From assembly GCF_963921235.1 (NCBI RefSeq), contig NC_086097.1:116004001-116064000 (forward strand): a DNA stretch of 60,000 nt, in the 5' to 3' direction. The translations under genes and the position numbers were made by a program. Positions 25,010-36,469 of this stretch are shown here, one piece after another; the stretch's first letter is position 1, and each line of letters begins with the position of its first letter. The DNA comes from Mobula hypostoma. Lineage: Eukaryota. Under the pieces are notes generated by a model that ran no database searches, was not told the DNA's origin, and saw nothing but the letters and a program-made list of their open reading frames with translations.

Positions 25010-25555
25010 AGTATGATAGCATAGCGGTTGGTGTGATGCTCTGCAGCGCCAGCAATTGAGGATTATTTCCTGCCCCTATCTGTACATTTGTACATTTTCT
25101 CCATTATCGTGTGGGTTTTCTCTGGGTGCTCAAGTTTCCTTCTACATTCAAAAGACATATGTGTTGTGTATTAAATTTTTCAATAATATTTGAGTGATTT
25201 TGTGTATATATATTGTTTAATTAAGCATTCTTGTTCATTGCATACCTCATCGCACTACCACGTGATATGTGCGCGCCTCACATAAAGTAAACTAGAAGTT
25301 AGACTTACATTTTGGACTCCTTTGTCTTCCTTTGAATTAGTTTAATATTTTGAAGTTACCAAACATAGCAGTATAGCGTAGGGTTAGTTTGTTGTGGGCA
25401 TGATATATTGGCATCAGAAGCCAACATAATATGTATGGCAAGCATGGTAATGCTTGCGAGCTTTCCCCAGCATATCCCTGGACTGTGTTGGTTGTTGACA
25501 AATTTCACTGCATGTTTCAATGTTTTGATGTACATGTGACAAATAAAGCTAATCA
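25010..25555 (+). mobile_element. tRNA-derived V-SINE split by a solo LTR
   Basis: A-box-like TAGCATAGCGG; V-domain-like TTTGTACATT..GTGTGGGTTTTCTCTGGGTGCTC..GTTTCCT..ACATTCAAAAGAC; tail ACAAATAAAGCTAATC. Confidence 0.8.
25162..25370. mobile_element. Solo LTR (209 bp)
   Basis: TG...CA ends with imperfect terminal inverted repeats (TGTTGTG / CATAGCA); flanks ATATG and GTATA are consistent with a CpG-decayed 5-bp TSD. Confidence 0.7.
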
Positions 25556-26344
25556 TTAGTCTACGGTGAGATGGGAGGGAGTTAGATGAATTGTAATAGC
25601 TAAGAAAATGCAGACTTTATTGATCTAATGGCAACTCTGGAGAACTATGTTGTGAATTTGTTAAGGACGGCCCTTGGCGAGTGGGAAGAAATAGGATCTC
25701 ATGACTGGGAAGTGAAGGGGACATGACTGGAGGGAGCAAGAGAGGAGGCCTTATTGAAACATGGGGATGACTTCTGTCTTCAGGAGGGAGCACAACTTTG
25801 AAATAGGTGGACACTAATTGTGATAAAGGACCTTGGGGAAATCTTCAGTTAAGGAAGAGGGGAGGTCAGGAAATGAGGCTGAGTGGAGAGGTTTATGTTT
25901 GCATCTATAGTAGGCTAGGCTTATGGTTTGGGATGGGAAGCAGAGAGCCATTAGAATGGGGAAAGACTATTCGTAAACACCTAGCAGAAGTATTTCTGTT
26001 TTATCTCACAAACAAAGAACATTGAGCAATTGTAAGTCTTTCTTGTGAGATGTTTTGCTATTAAAAGAATAGAAAAAGGATAGCACGAAGCAGCTTCAGA
26101 ATTTGTTCATACCCTTCTTGCAAGCATCTGCATAGTCATCAACATTAATATCACCCCCTGCTATACAAAGCATGATGATTTGAATGACCTGGGAGATCCA
26201 TACCTGCAGTAAAAAGTGGTCAGGCTGAATTTATGAAATGCTGGCACTGGTGACTGGCCTTTGGCTAGCCCTAACCATAAGTCTTGAGGAATGGTGAGTG
26301 TATGTTTGAGCATTTCAGTAAATCGAAGCTGCTTCCTGATCTAC

Positions 26345-26432
26345 ACACACAAAATCCTGGAGGAACTCAGCAGGTCAGGCAGCACCTACAGAGATGAATG
26401 AACAGACGACATTTCGTGCCAAGACCCTTCAC
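26345..26432 (-). mobile_element. PLE terminal fragment
   Basis: CACACAAAAT.CTGGAGGAACTCAGCAGGTCAGGCAGCA...GACCCTTCA. Confidence 0.75.
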
Positions 26433-26697
26433 TCCAATTTTACATTCTCAAATTTTAGGAGGGCATTAGGAACTCAGATTGGCTTTTAGTTTACACACTG
26501 TTTCCTGCAGGAGATCAGATGGAAGCAGAGCAAAAAAAATAAACAAGAGTTTAGCTTTCTAAAAAAAATCCAAGTAATAGCTAAAAGAAATAAACCAACA
26601 ATTTTTTGTAACTGATACAATAGTATACTATGTAAAATATGAAAATATAAAAGACAATATCCATTTTGTTTCTACTCTAAAGGAATTGAACACCCTG

Positions 26698-27325
26698 CCA
26701 CCACCCAGATCTCATCGCTGATGAAGTGCCAGTGGTGCATTATACTGTTTACTTTTTGACTGAGTGAGGCCTCTGTCAGTCAGGTTCAACCATGGATATT
26801 GCATCCTAGTTGTCTAGATACGAAAGCCTGTGCAGTACGATATGGAGAGCAAGCTGTTGCCCATCAAGTTTCCACTCTCCACACATCTGATGAACCCAAA
26901 GGAACGGCATAAACCGAGACGGTTTGGTACCAGAAGCATCGCAGGAGTTGCCAGTCAGTGTTGGACTCAATGTAGGACTGCCTTAGAGACTCCAGCTCTG
27001 GATTTTTCACTCAGGATTTACTCCCAAAGCCTTCCCTATGAGTGGGTATAGCTGCAAGGCAGGAGAGGGTTGAGATCAGAATTTTCCTTCTCCTAGATGA
27101 GCTGCCAACCACAACTGATGAGCCCCATCTATCGGAAGTGACTGGTTTTAAGGCGCCACCTTTGACCCTTCTCCTGTCAGTAAAAACAGTTCCTCCTGGC
27201 TTAATAGCTAAGCCATATGTAAAGGCCAGGAGCTGGACTTGGCTGTCAGAGGTTATTTGAGACGTATGTCATTGGGAATATTTAATAGGTAGTGGGAGCT
27301 TGTCCCTATTACCACCCTTGGCTAT
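26698..27325 (-). mobile_element. Non-autonomous RTE derivative (5' UTR joined to a short 3' end)
   Basis: 26940-27320 aligns by eye with the 5' UTR of the RTE at 36010-36385; no ORF. Confidence 0.7.
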
Positions 27326-27775
27326 ATCAATTTTAACTTTACTTTTTGACCTGCATTGTAAATGCACCTATGGTAAATGTCAATCTTCTGGAATATGTGC
27401 TATTATTTGTTAATTTATTTGTGATAATATTACTTAATATCTTGTGTGTGAGTTGTATGTACTGTGTTGTGCATCATGGTCTGGAGGAATGTTGTTTTGT
27501 TTGGCGGTATACATGTGCATGGTTAAATGACAATAAACTTAAACCTGAACTTAAATCTTGCTCTGGTATATTCATCCAGTAGCCTAGGTATCCCCAAATG
27601 AACCTAGTTATTTTATTTTTAGTTTGGAGCCTCTGATCCAATATTTCTAATGGTTCCACTTCTTCGGTTGAAATTATTAGTTTATTACTTTCCCCCAGCA
27701 ATCAAGACATCTACAGATATAAAAAAAATTGTAAAGCTGAGAACAACCTGTTAAAACTCCACTGGAACTTTGCAA

Positions 27776-28457
27776 AATTATTAGATTAGATTAGATTATG
27801 AGGACACTCAGTCCTCGTTTATTGTCATTTAGAAATGCATGCATTAAGAAATGATACAATGTTCCTCCGGTATGATATCACAGAAACACAGAACAGACCA
27901 AGACTAAAACTGACAAAAACCACATAATTATAACATATAGTTACAACAGTGCAAAGCAATACCGTAATTTGATAAAGAGCAGACCATGGGCACTGTAAAA
28001 AAAAGTCTTAAAGTCCCGATAGCCCCAACATCTCACGCAGACGGTAGAAGGAAGAAACTCTCCCTGCCATGAGCCTCCAGCACCGCAAGCTTGCCGATGC
28101 AGCATCCTGGAAGCACCCGACCACAGCCGACTCTTGAGTCCATCCGAAAACCTCGAGCCTCCGACCAGCTCTCCGACACCGAGCACCATTTCTGCCGAGC
28201 GCTTCAACCCCGCCCCAGCCACTGAGCAACAAGAAAAGCCGAGAACTCGGGGCCTTCCCCTCCAGAGATTTCTGATCACACAGTAGCAGCTAAAGCTAAA
28301 CAGGCATTTCAGAAGTTTCAGCAGATGCTCCTCCATGCTCTCACGTCTGCCTCCACCAAATCAGAATTGTGCACGGCACCCTACTTGACAGATAACAGAT
28401 ATTCATCACTGGAATGGTTGCGCGTGCTGTGTCGTGCCACCATCTTTTCCTCTCCTC
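27776..28457 (-). mobile_element. Non-autonomous retroposon of about 680 bp with a Rex1-type tail
   Basis: 5' end GAGGAGAGGAAAAGATGGTGGC, CpG-rich body, then AATGACAATAAA and a (TCTAA)n tail like that at 47270; no tRNA head or real ORF. Confidence 0.7.
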
Positions 28458-28561
28458 AGGAAAGAGGGACATTGTTCATAACTTACAATCAAACCAAAAA
28501 GGATCTAGTGTTTTCCTGGCGTGTATGGCAAGCATTTCCTGAATTAATAATTATTGTTTAC

Positions 28562-29000
28562 TGGAGACACAAGAGTGATTGCAGATGCTGGAAATGTAGA
28601 ACAACACCCACAACTCACTGGGTCAGGCAAAGTCCGTAGAAGGAAATGAACAGTCAATGTTTTGGGTCAATATTCTTTTATGGGGACTGGAAACTAAAAG
28701 GAGGCAATAGACAGTAAAATAATGGTGGGGGGGTTAAGGGTGGGGGTAAGAGCTGGGAGATGACAGGTGAATCCAAGTCAGATGGAAGTGCTAGGCAGAT
28801 AAGGAAGGGAGAGACTATGAATGTTTAAGAAGCTGAGGGGCGATAGGTGGTAATGACAAAATACTCAATAAGATGCAATCTCATAGGCAAGGACAGCAGA
28901 CCATGGAATAAAGTAAAGAAGATGAGGATGAGAATCAGGAGAAAGATAGGCTGATGGGCAGATTGAAAGGGCGAGGAGGGAAAAAGGGGTAGGCTTATGT
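28562..29000 (-). mobile_element. Old PLE terminal repeat/3' UTR
   Basis: ACACAAGAG..TGCAGATGCTGGAAAT..GGTCAGGCA followed by a purine-rich stretch. Confidence 0.65.
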
Positions 29001-29363
29001 ATAACTGATGCTATTTTGATTAAAACAAGGATAAAATAGCCTCTCTTTCTCTTTAAATAATAAAAAATAGTCTGTATTACAATGCTGAACTTTAATACTC
29101 TTCATTATAACCAAACTGGTTGATGTAATCCTCTGGAAACTGCTGACTGGACCTTATTGATAGTATTTTGGCACAAAACACTATATTATCAAGAGGTTGA
29201 CACCTACTGCATATACTTCTATTCTATGTCACATCTTTCTAGCCTATGTAGTATGAAATGAAATGCATTTTACAGTAATTCATTATGGAGGAAAGAGGGA
29301 CACTGTTTATAACTTACAATCAAACCAAAAAGAATCTAGTGTTTTCCTGGCGTGTATGGCAAG

Positions 29364-30205
29364 TGAACTCTCCGCGGGCTTCCAGCCAGGTGCAGGTATT
29401 GATCTTAACTGATATTTCAATGACAAACACTTCCATCTTCATCACAGATGATGCTGAGTATGTCTGGTCCAGTAGTATATATACCCTCGTCATCTTTCCC
29501 TCCTGATTGGTTAGGCTTCATCCTATCAGGTTTCCTCTGTCCCACCTTGTTTACAATTGAATTCCAGTTCTTACTTAGAGCAAGACCTTTAGCCTTGTTA
29601 AAATTCTTTAATTTTGTTTTATTTCAATAGTTTCCTTCACCAGATGTTCCCAAAAGCCATTGGTGTGGCACAGTAGTTTCATGCCGTCAAAGTCAATCCT
29701 GTGGTCATTGCATATGCAATGTTATGCGACCGCCGATTTCTCCAGGTAACACAGACAGATACACCTCCTGTGCTCCTTAATGTGGGTTTCCACCGTGCGT
29801 GCCATCTGGTTGATATACTCTGCTCCACATTGACAGGAAATCCTGTAAACCCTAGCCAACCTGAGTCCCAGGTCATCTTTGACTTGCATAAACTGAGATT
29901 TGAGCTTCCTTACAGGCTTGTGGGTGGAATTAATCCAGTATTTCTTCAAGGTCTTGGAAACCTTCCAGAAACCATGAAAAGATAGGGAAAACAAGTGGTT
30001 GTGATGGTTTCCTCCTTATTGCTAGGTTTCCTGGTTTTTCTGTCAGCCCTTTTCAGGCCTATTTGATTTCCCTCACTTTATAGCCATTCTATAGGAACAT
30101 TGTGCATAATCGTTTTATTTTCTCGTGGAGACCCTTCGGGTCTGAAATAGTTTTTGCACAGTTAATCAAAGTAGAAAGAACTGCTCTACTTTGGGAGGTA
30201 TAATG
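29364..30205 (-). mobile_element. Penelope/Poseidon-type PLE 3' part (GIY-YIG endonuclease), left arm of an inverted pair
   Basis: HKPVRKLKSQ..KDDL..RVYRISCQCGAEYI..RTVETHIKEHRR..KSAVA. Confidence 0.88.
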
Positions 30206-30214
30206 GTGACTCCA

Positions 30215-31545
30215 GGCACTCCAACAGTTCCATGACCATCTGAACAGCATACCTCCAAACATTCAATTTACAATGGGGATGGAGAAGAATGGTTGCTTCC
30301 CATTCCTGGACATTCTAATATGATGGTAGCCTCGGACATGGCGTTTATATGAAACCACCTCACATGCATCAACAATAACAACCTCTTCCATGCCTCCCAG
30401 TGAAAAGTGGTTTTTTCAACTTTGATTAACCGTGCAAAAACTATTTTAGACTCGGAGGTCTCCACAAGGAAATAACACATTACACATGACGTTCCTACAG
30501 AATGGCTCTAAGTTGAAGGAAATCTAACGAGCCCTTAAAAGGGCTGACAGAATCACTAGGAAACCAAATAATGAGGAGGAACCCATCATTACCACCTGTC
30601 TTCCCTATATTTCCATGCTTTCTCAAAGGATCACCAGGATTCTGAAGAAATACCAGATTAGTACCATCCACAAACCCATAAGGAGGCTTAAATCACAGCT
30701 TATGTGGATCGAAGATGACCTGAGACTCAGGACGGCTGGAATTTACAGGGTTCACTGTGAATGTGGAGCAGTGTATATTGGTACAGCAGAAATCTTCATC
30801 AAGGATCACAGCAGGTTACACGGCGAAATCAGCAATAGTGCCAATGGCATTTGGCTGCCTGCTGAAGGAAGCCATTGAAATAAAACTAGAGAAAAAGAAT
30901 TTTAACAAAGCCAAATGTCTTGCTCTAAGTAAGATCTGGAACTCAACTATAAGCAAGGTGCGACAGCAGAAACCTGACTGGGTGAGGATTAACCAATCAG
31001 GAGGGATAGATCACTAGACATTCCTTAGTTTAATCCCTGATGAAAATGGAAGAGTTTGTCATTGAAGTCAGTTACGATCTTGGCCTTTTCTCCTTGGAGC
31101 GATGGAGGATGAGAGGTGACCTGATAGAGGTGTATAAGGTGATGAGAGGTTTTGATTGTGTGGATAGCCAGTGGCTTTTTCCCAGGGCTGAAATGGCTAA
31201 TCTGAGGGGGCATAGTTTTAAGATGCTTGGAAGTAGGTACAAGGGGGATGTCAGAGGTAAGTTTTTCACACAGAGAGTGGTGGGTGCGTGGAATGCACTG
31301 CCAGTGAAGATGGTAGAGGGGGATACAATAGTGTCTTTTAAGAGACTCTTAGATAGGTACATGGAGCTTAGAAAAATAGAGGGCTATGCGGTAGGGAATT
31401 TCTAGGCAGCTTCTAGAGTAGGTTACATGGTCGACACAACATTGTGGGCCGAAGGGCCTGTAATGTGTTGTAGATTTTCTATGTTCTATGTTCTAAGATC
31501 GATACTTGCACCTGGCTGAAAGCACAAGACAAGTTTATTCGCCTT
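30215..31545 (+). mobile_element. Penelope/Poseidon-type PLE 3' part (RT thumb plus GIY-YIG), right arm, split by a CR1
   Basis: HLNSIPPNIQFTMGMEKNGCFPFLDI; GIYRVHCECGAVYIG; LLKEAIEI. Decayed hammerhead near 31036; terminal repeat resumes at 31495. Confidence 0.88.
31080..31494 (+). mobile_element. CR1 3' fragment with a 7-bp TSD
   Basis: LGLFSLER...FFTQRVVGAWN; (TTCTATG)n tail; TSD TACGATC (31073-31079) and TAAGATC (31494-31500). Confidence 0.92.
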
Positions 31546-32685
31546 GCCATCAAGCCTTCTCAAATGCAGGAAGGCTGGTGATCAGGATAATTAAATAAAC
31601 TCAAGAAAGAAACAGATGGACAGCTTATTACTATAGGTGTATTAAATTTTGTAAAATTTTGGTTGAAAGTCTGAGCAATTGCAAGTGACGCTTTAACTCT
31701 TTGTGAGCCCACAGCATACAAGGAGTCAAGGTGACTGCACAAGTTTAACACTGTAGGTTTGGTAAATGTTTGCCAATAGTGGCTGGAGTCTTTCTAGGCT
31801 CAGGCACAGTGGCATGAGGATGTTTGTTGATGAACACATGAGTTGTTTGAATGAAAGAAACCATGCTGAGTTAGTGGCAAGAACAAAAGACCAAATAGCG
31901 TGTCAGTCTCTGTGTGTCTCACTATGCATGTGGCTTGAACCCCTATTTATTGAGACACCTTTTGCTGGGTTTTTGAGACTTCACCTAGACGGAAGAAATG
32001 CAATTGATCAGTGTCTAGGATGGACCCAGGGTGATTTCACAAGACAGAATTCAGAGCTCCCCCAACAAAAGCAGCAATCAAGTCCCCCGGCTGCAGCCGC
32101 AATCAAGTCATGTCAAAGAATCGTGAACCATGAAATCTGTACGGAAATCTTTGTAACTTATTTTGTCTGGTTTAATTGTGCTTTCTATTTTATGATAATA
32201 AATTAGGCATAAATTACTTTGTCATGCATTTCCTGGACACTCAAATTGGTTTGGGACTTTTAGGTCTGATCATCCTAGCCTATTATAGCATAATTTCACA
32301 AAAAAATTCTCAATTTTCAATATGAACTACTGTATGCTAGTAGAAAACTATAAAGAAGGATTTACAATTGACTGTGTTTATCAGTAGTGCAGGTAGATGA
32401 GATGCAAAATGCTGGTGTCTTGTCAGAAGAAAAAAAAGTAATTTAATTTTCTGGCTTGAGCTATGACAGGGATTTTTAATTATACACATAACAAACCTTG
32501 TATGGCAATATGATCTGGAAATTAAGGAATGAGCAAAGAATGAGGTTGCTCTTCGTGATGGGATCCCATCACAGTTGATTTATTTCTACCATAAACCCTG
32601 TTTCCTGCTATGTTACACCATGAAAGTATTTCTTTGAAGTCATGTAATTAGTTTTGATGCCCTTGATCCCCTGCTGTACACTAAC

Positions 32686-33050
32686 ATGGACTAACAAACT
32701 TAAAAGGTGAACACACAAGTTATGCTTTTGAAAGTGTGTGCCCCCATCTATCACCTCAGTCACAGCAAAGCACTGTAAACACTTTTAACCACTCGTTATA
32801 ATACTGTTTACATTGTAAACACCGTATGTGTTCGCATTTATGTATTTATGCACATTTTTACTCTAGTATTGACTAAGAAACTTACAAGGTAACACAGAAG
32901 TTATACTTTTGGGAATGTGCACTTGTAATAAACCCCCTCTCTATCTATTACCTCAGTCACTGCATGACACTTTAATCCACTTTTTATAATGCTATATACA
33001 TTACAAACACATGCTTCTGTCTACATCTGTATTTATGCACATTTTACTCC
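32686..33050 (+). repeat. Old tandem duplication, unit about 180 bp
   Basis: GACTAA.AAACTTA.AAGGT..ACACA.AAGTTAT...ACCTCAGTCAC...GTATTTATGCACATTTT appears at about 32686-32865 and again at about 32868-33050. Confidence 0.75.
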
Positions 33051-33149
33051 ATTTCCATGCTATAACCTTTAACTTTATTTTTACATAATACTTTATTCTT
33101 TATAATTGTTGAATGTTATTGGTTATTCTTGCATGTTGTGCCAACGCAC

Positions 33150-36100
33150 CCCAGTCTGTGAGAGAGCAGAGAACAGCATGCTGAACAGAGCAGGTGTGAG
33201 GACACAGCCCTGCATGACACCGTTAGTTACTAGGAAGGGGTCAAGGGTGCAGCTGTTTTCGATGACCCTCATGGATTGACCTAACAATGCTGACCATTCT
33301 TGGGGGGGGGAGGGAGTACAGCCTAACTTGGTAACCAAAGGCCTGTGTGATGACGGTATCAGGATCTTTTGTCTTTGGGAACAGAGCATAGTAGCTGGCC
33401 AGGTTCCTGGTAGAACAGTTCCTTCTGTTCAGAGGTGTAGGTTATACACATGAGAAGCCTTGTATGGCAATAGGATCTGGAAATTAAGGAATTAGCAAAG
33501 AATGAGTGTACTGCAGTATACCGGACATTCAAGAATGTCAGGGAAGTGAAGGTTGTGCAGTGAAAATCACGACTGAGAAGGTACTCAGGAAGCTTAATGG
33601 TCTGAAGGTAGATAAATCTCATGGACCTGATGGAATGCATCCTCGGGTTCTGAAGGAAGTAGCTGGAGAGGTTTCAAGTATCAATAAATTCTGGCATTGT
33701 ACCGGATGACTGGAAAATTGCAAATGTTACTCTGCTATTTAAGAAGGGTGGGAGGCAGCAGAAAGAAAACTATAGACCTGTTAGCTTGACATCAGTGGTT
33801 GGGAAGTTGTTGGAATCGATTGTAGGAATGAGATTATGGAGTACATGGAGGCACATGACAAGACAAGCCAAAGCCAGCATGGTTTCCTGAAAGGAAAGTC
33901 CTGCCTTGACAAACCTACCGCAATTTTTTGAGGAAATTACAAACAGGGTAGACAAAGGAGATGCAGTAGATGTGGTGTACTTGGATTTTCAGAAGGCCTT
34001 TGACAAGGTGCCGCACATGAGGCTGCTTAGCAAGATAAGAGCCCATGGAATTACAGGGAAGTTACTAGCATGGGTGGAGCATTGGCTGGTCAGCAGAAAA
34101 CAGAGAGTGTGAATAAAGGGATCTTATTCTAGATGGCTGCTGGCTGCTGGGTTCCACCAGGGTTGGTGTTGGGACCGCTGCTTTTTACAATGTATGTCAA
34201 TAATTTGGACTATTGTATTGATGGATTTGTGGCTAAATTTGCTGATGGGACAAAGATAGGTGGAGGAGCGGGTAGTTTGAGGAGACAGCCTGCAGAGAGA
34301 CTTAGATAGTTTAGGGGAATGGGCAAAGAAGTGGCAAATGAAATGCCATGTTGGAAAGTGTATGGTCATGCACTTTGGTGGAAGAAATAAACTGGCAGAC
34401 TATTATTTAGATGAGGAGAGAATTCAAAATGCAGAGATACAAAGGGACTTGGGAGTTCTTGTGCAAGATACCGTGAAGGTTAATCTCCAGGTTGAGTCGG
34501 TTGTGAGGAAGGCGAATGTAATGCTGGCATTCATTTCTAGAGGTATAGAAAATAAGAGCAGGGATGTGATATTGAGGGCCTTATATGAGAGCCTTATATT
34601 ATATATAAGGCTCTCATGAAACCAAAATTGGAGTATTGTGTACAGTTTGGGGCTCCTTATTTTGGAAAGGATATACTGACATTGAAGAAGGTTCAGAGAA
34701 GATTCACGAGAATGATTCCAGGAATGAAAGGGTTACTGTATGAGGAACGTCTGGCAGCTCTTGGGCTGTATTCCCTGGAGTTCAGGGGTATGACGGAGGA
34801 TCTCATAGAAACATTCCGAATGTTAAAAGGTCTGAACAGATTAGATATGGCAAAGTTATTTCCCATTGTAGGGGAGTCTAGGACAAGAGGGCATGAGTTC
34901 AGGACTGAAGGTCGTCATTTTAGAGCTGAGATGCAGAGAAATTACTTTAGTCAGAGGGTGGTAAATCTGTGGAATTTGTTGCCACGAGTGGCTGTGGAGG
35001 CCAAGTCATTGTGTTTTTTTAAGGCAGAGATAGATAGGTTCTTGATTAGCCAGGGCATCAAAGGGTGTGGGGTGAAAGCAGGGGAGTGGGGATGACTGGA
35101 AGAATTGGATCAGCCTATGATTGAATGTCAGACTTGATGATCTGAAATGGTGTACTTCTGCTCCTATATCTCATGGTCTTTTGGTCTTATGGTCTTAAGA
35201 TGGGTGCATAGGCACTGATCAGAGTCAGATGAGTTTTGGCTTTCAGAGGCAACCTCATTAGCATGAAGCAATTGTTGTTGTCTCTGAGGAGGGACTTCAA
35301 GTTCTTGGCGATTGTGGTTTGGATGGCAAAGCCAACTCTGGCTTCTCCAGCCTCATCCCTTCCCTCGCCACTCCAGCAAAATACATAGCCAGCCCCTACT
35401 TCTGTGATTTCACCAGTCTCAGCCAGGTGTGTCTCACTGAATGAGGCAATGTCCATGTACTTCTGAAACACGTGTCCTACAGTGGGTTGTTATTGGTATT
35501 GTTCATTAGTTTCCTGACTCCAGACTCCAGCACAAAGTTTGCTCAGCTTTCTTTTGCGATTTTGAGGCAATTAACCTGCAAAATAGATGTCCAGTCAGCT
35601 ATGGTATGCTGGCAGAATAGGGGGAGGCAAGCTTTCTTTAGGTCACCTTTTCCACACCCTATCCCATGGGGGGGGCGGGGGGGGGTGAGAAATGTGGTCC
35701 CTGAAGAGGAATGCTCCGTCGCCAAGGTGGCCGCCAAACACTGCCCTTACTTTGTGAGAAGAGAGCAACCGTCCTGCCTTGACCGCCTGAGTGCAGGTCC
35801 GTGAATAGTGGCTCCCAGCACCACCTCATGCCTGCCACCATCGCCACTCGCCACTCGCCACTCGCCCCAGGTCTTGAGTTGGTTGTGGAGATTGGCATCA
35901 GCAAATCCTGGGCAGGAGTTGTATGAGGACATGAGTTGCCCAAGTGTCACGATCCCCCTCTTGGTCCTGATGTCAAAAGGGATGCCAGGCATAATGTTTT
36001 GACGATAGCTGAACTGCAGGAGCTGCCAGAATGACATTGAATCAACATCAGGCTGCCTTAGAGGCTCCGACTCCAGATTTCTTCCTTGGGGTTTACTCCC

Positions 36101-36395
36101 AAAGCCTTTCTCATGAGTGGGTGTAGCGTCAGGCCACGGAGGTTTTAAATCAGAGTTTTCCTTCTCATAGGTGTGCTGCCTTCCCAGGTTAACAAGCCCC
36201 ATCTGCACAAAGCAACTGTTTTTTACGCACCAGTGACCCGCATTCACTCTTTCTCCTGTCAGTGTAAACTGTTTCGCCACATGAAGACCAAGAGTTGGAC
36301 TTGGTTATCAGAGGCTAATTTGAGACGCACGCCATTGGGAGCATTTTATAGGTGGTGGGAGCTTATCTCCACTCCCACCCCAGTTACGTCAACCA
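33150..36395 (-). mobile_element. RTE-clade LINE (5' UTR, endonuclease, RT fragment), internally deleted and split by a CR1
   Basis: DIASFSETHL..GAGYVFCWSG..VGFAI..LTLISAYAP (35199-35470) continues as TYTSEQKELFYQE (33400-33445). RT block PFLVTNGVMQGCVLTPALFSM at about 33175-33240. Confidence 0.88.
33507..35197 (+). mobile_element. 5'-truncated CR1 inserted into the RTE
   Basis: GPDGMHPRVLKE, DFQKAFDKV, KFADG and FSQRVVNLWN motifs; (GGTCTTAT)n tail. Confidence 0.93.
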
Positions 36396-36469
36396 TTTAG
36401 AACAGAAAGGACATAAACCCATGAACACTAACTCACTATCTTTGCTCTTTTTTTTGCAGTACTTATTTT

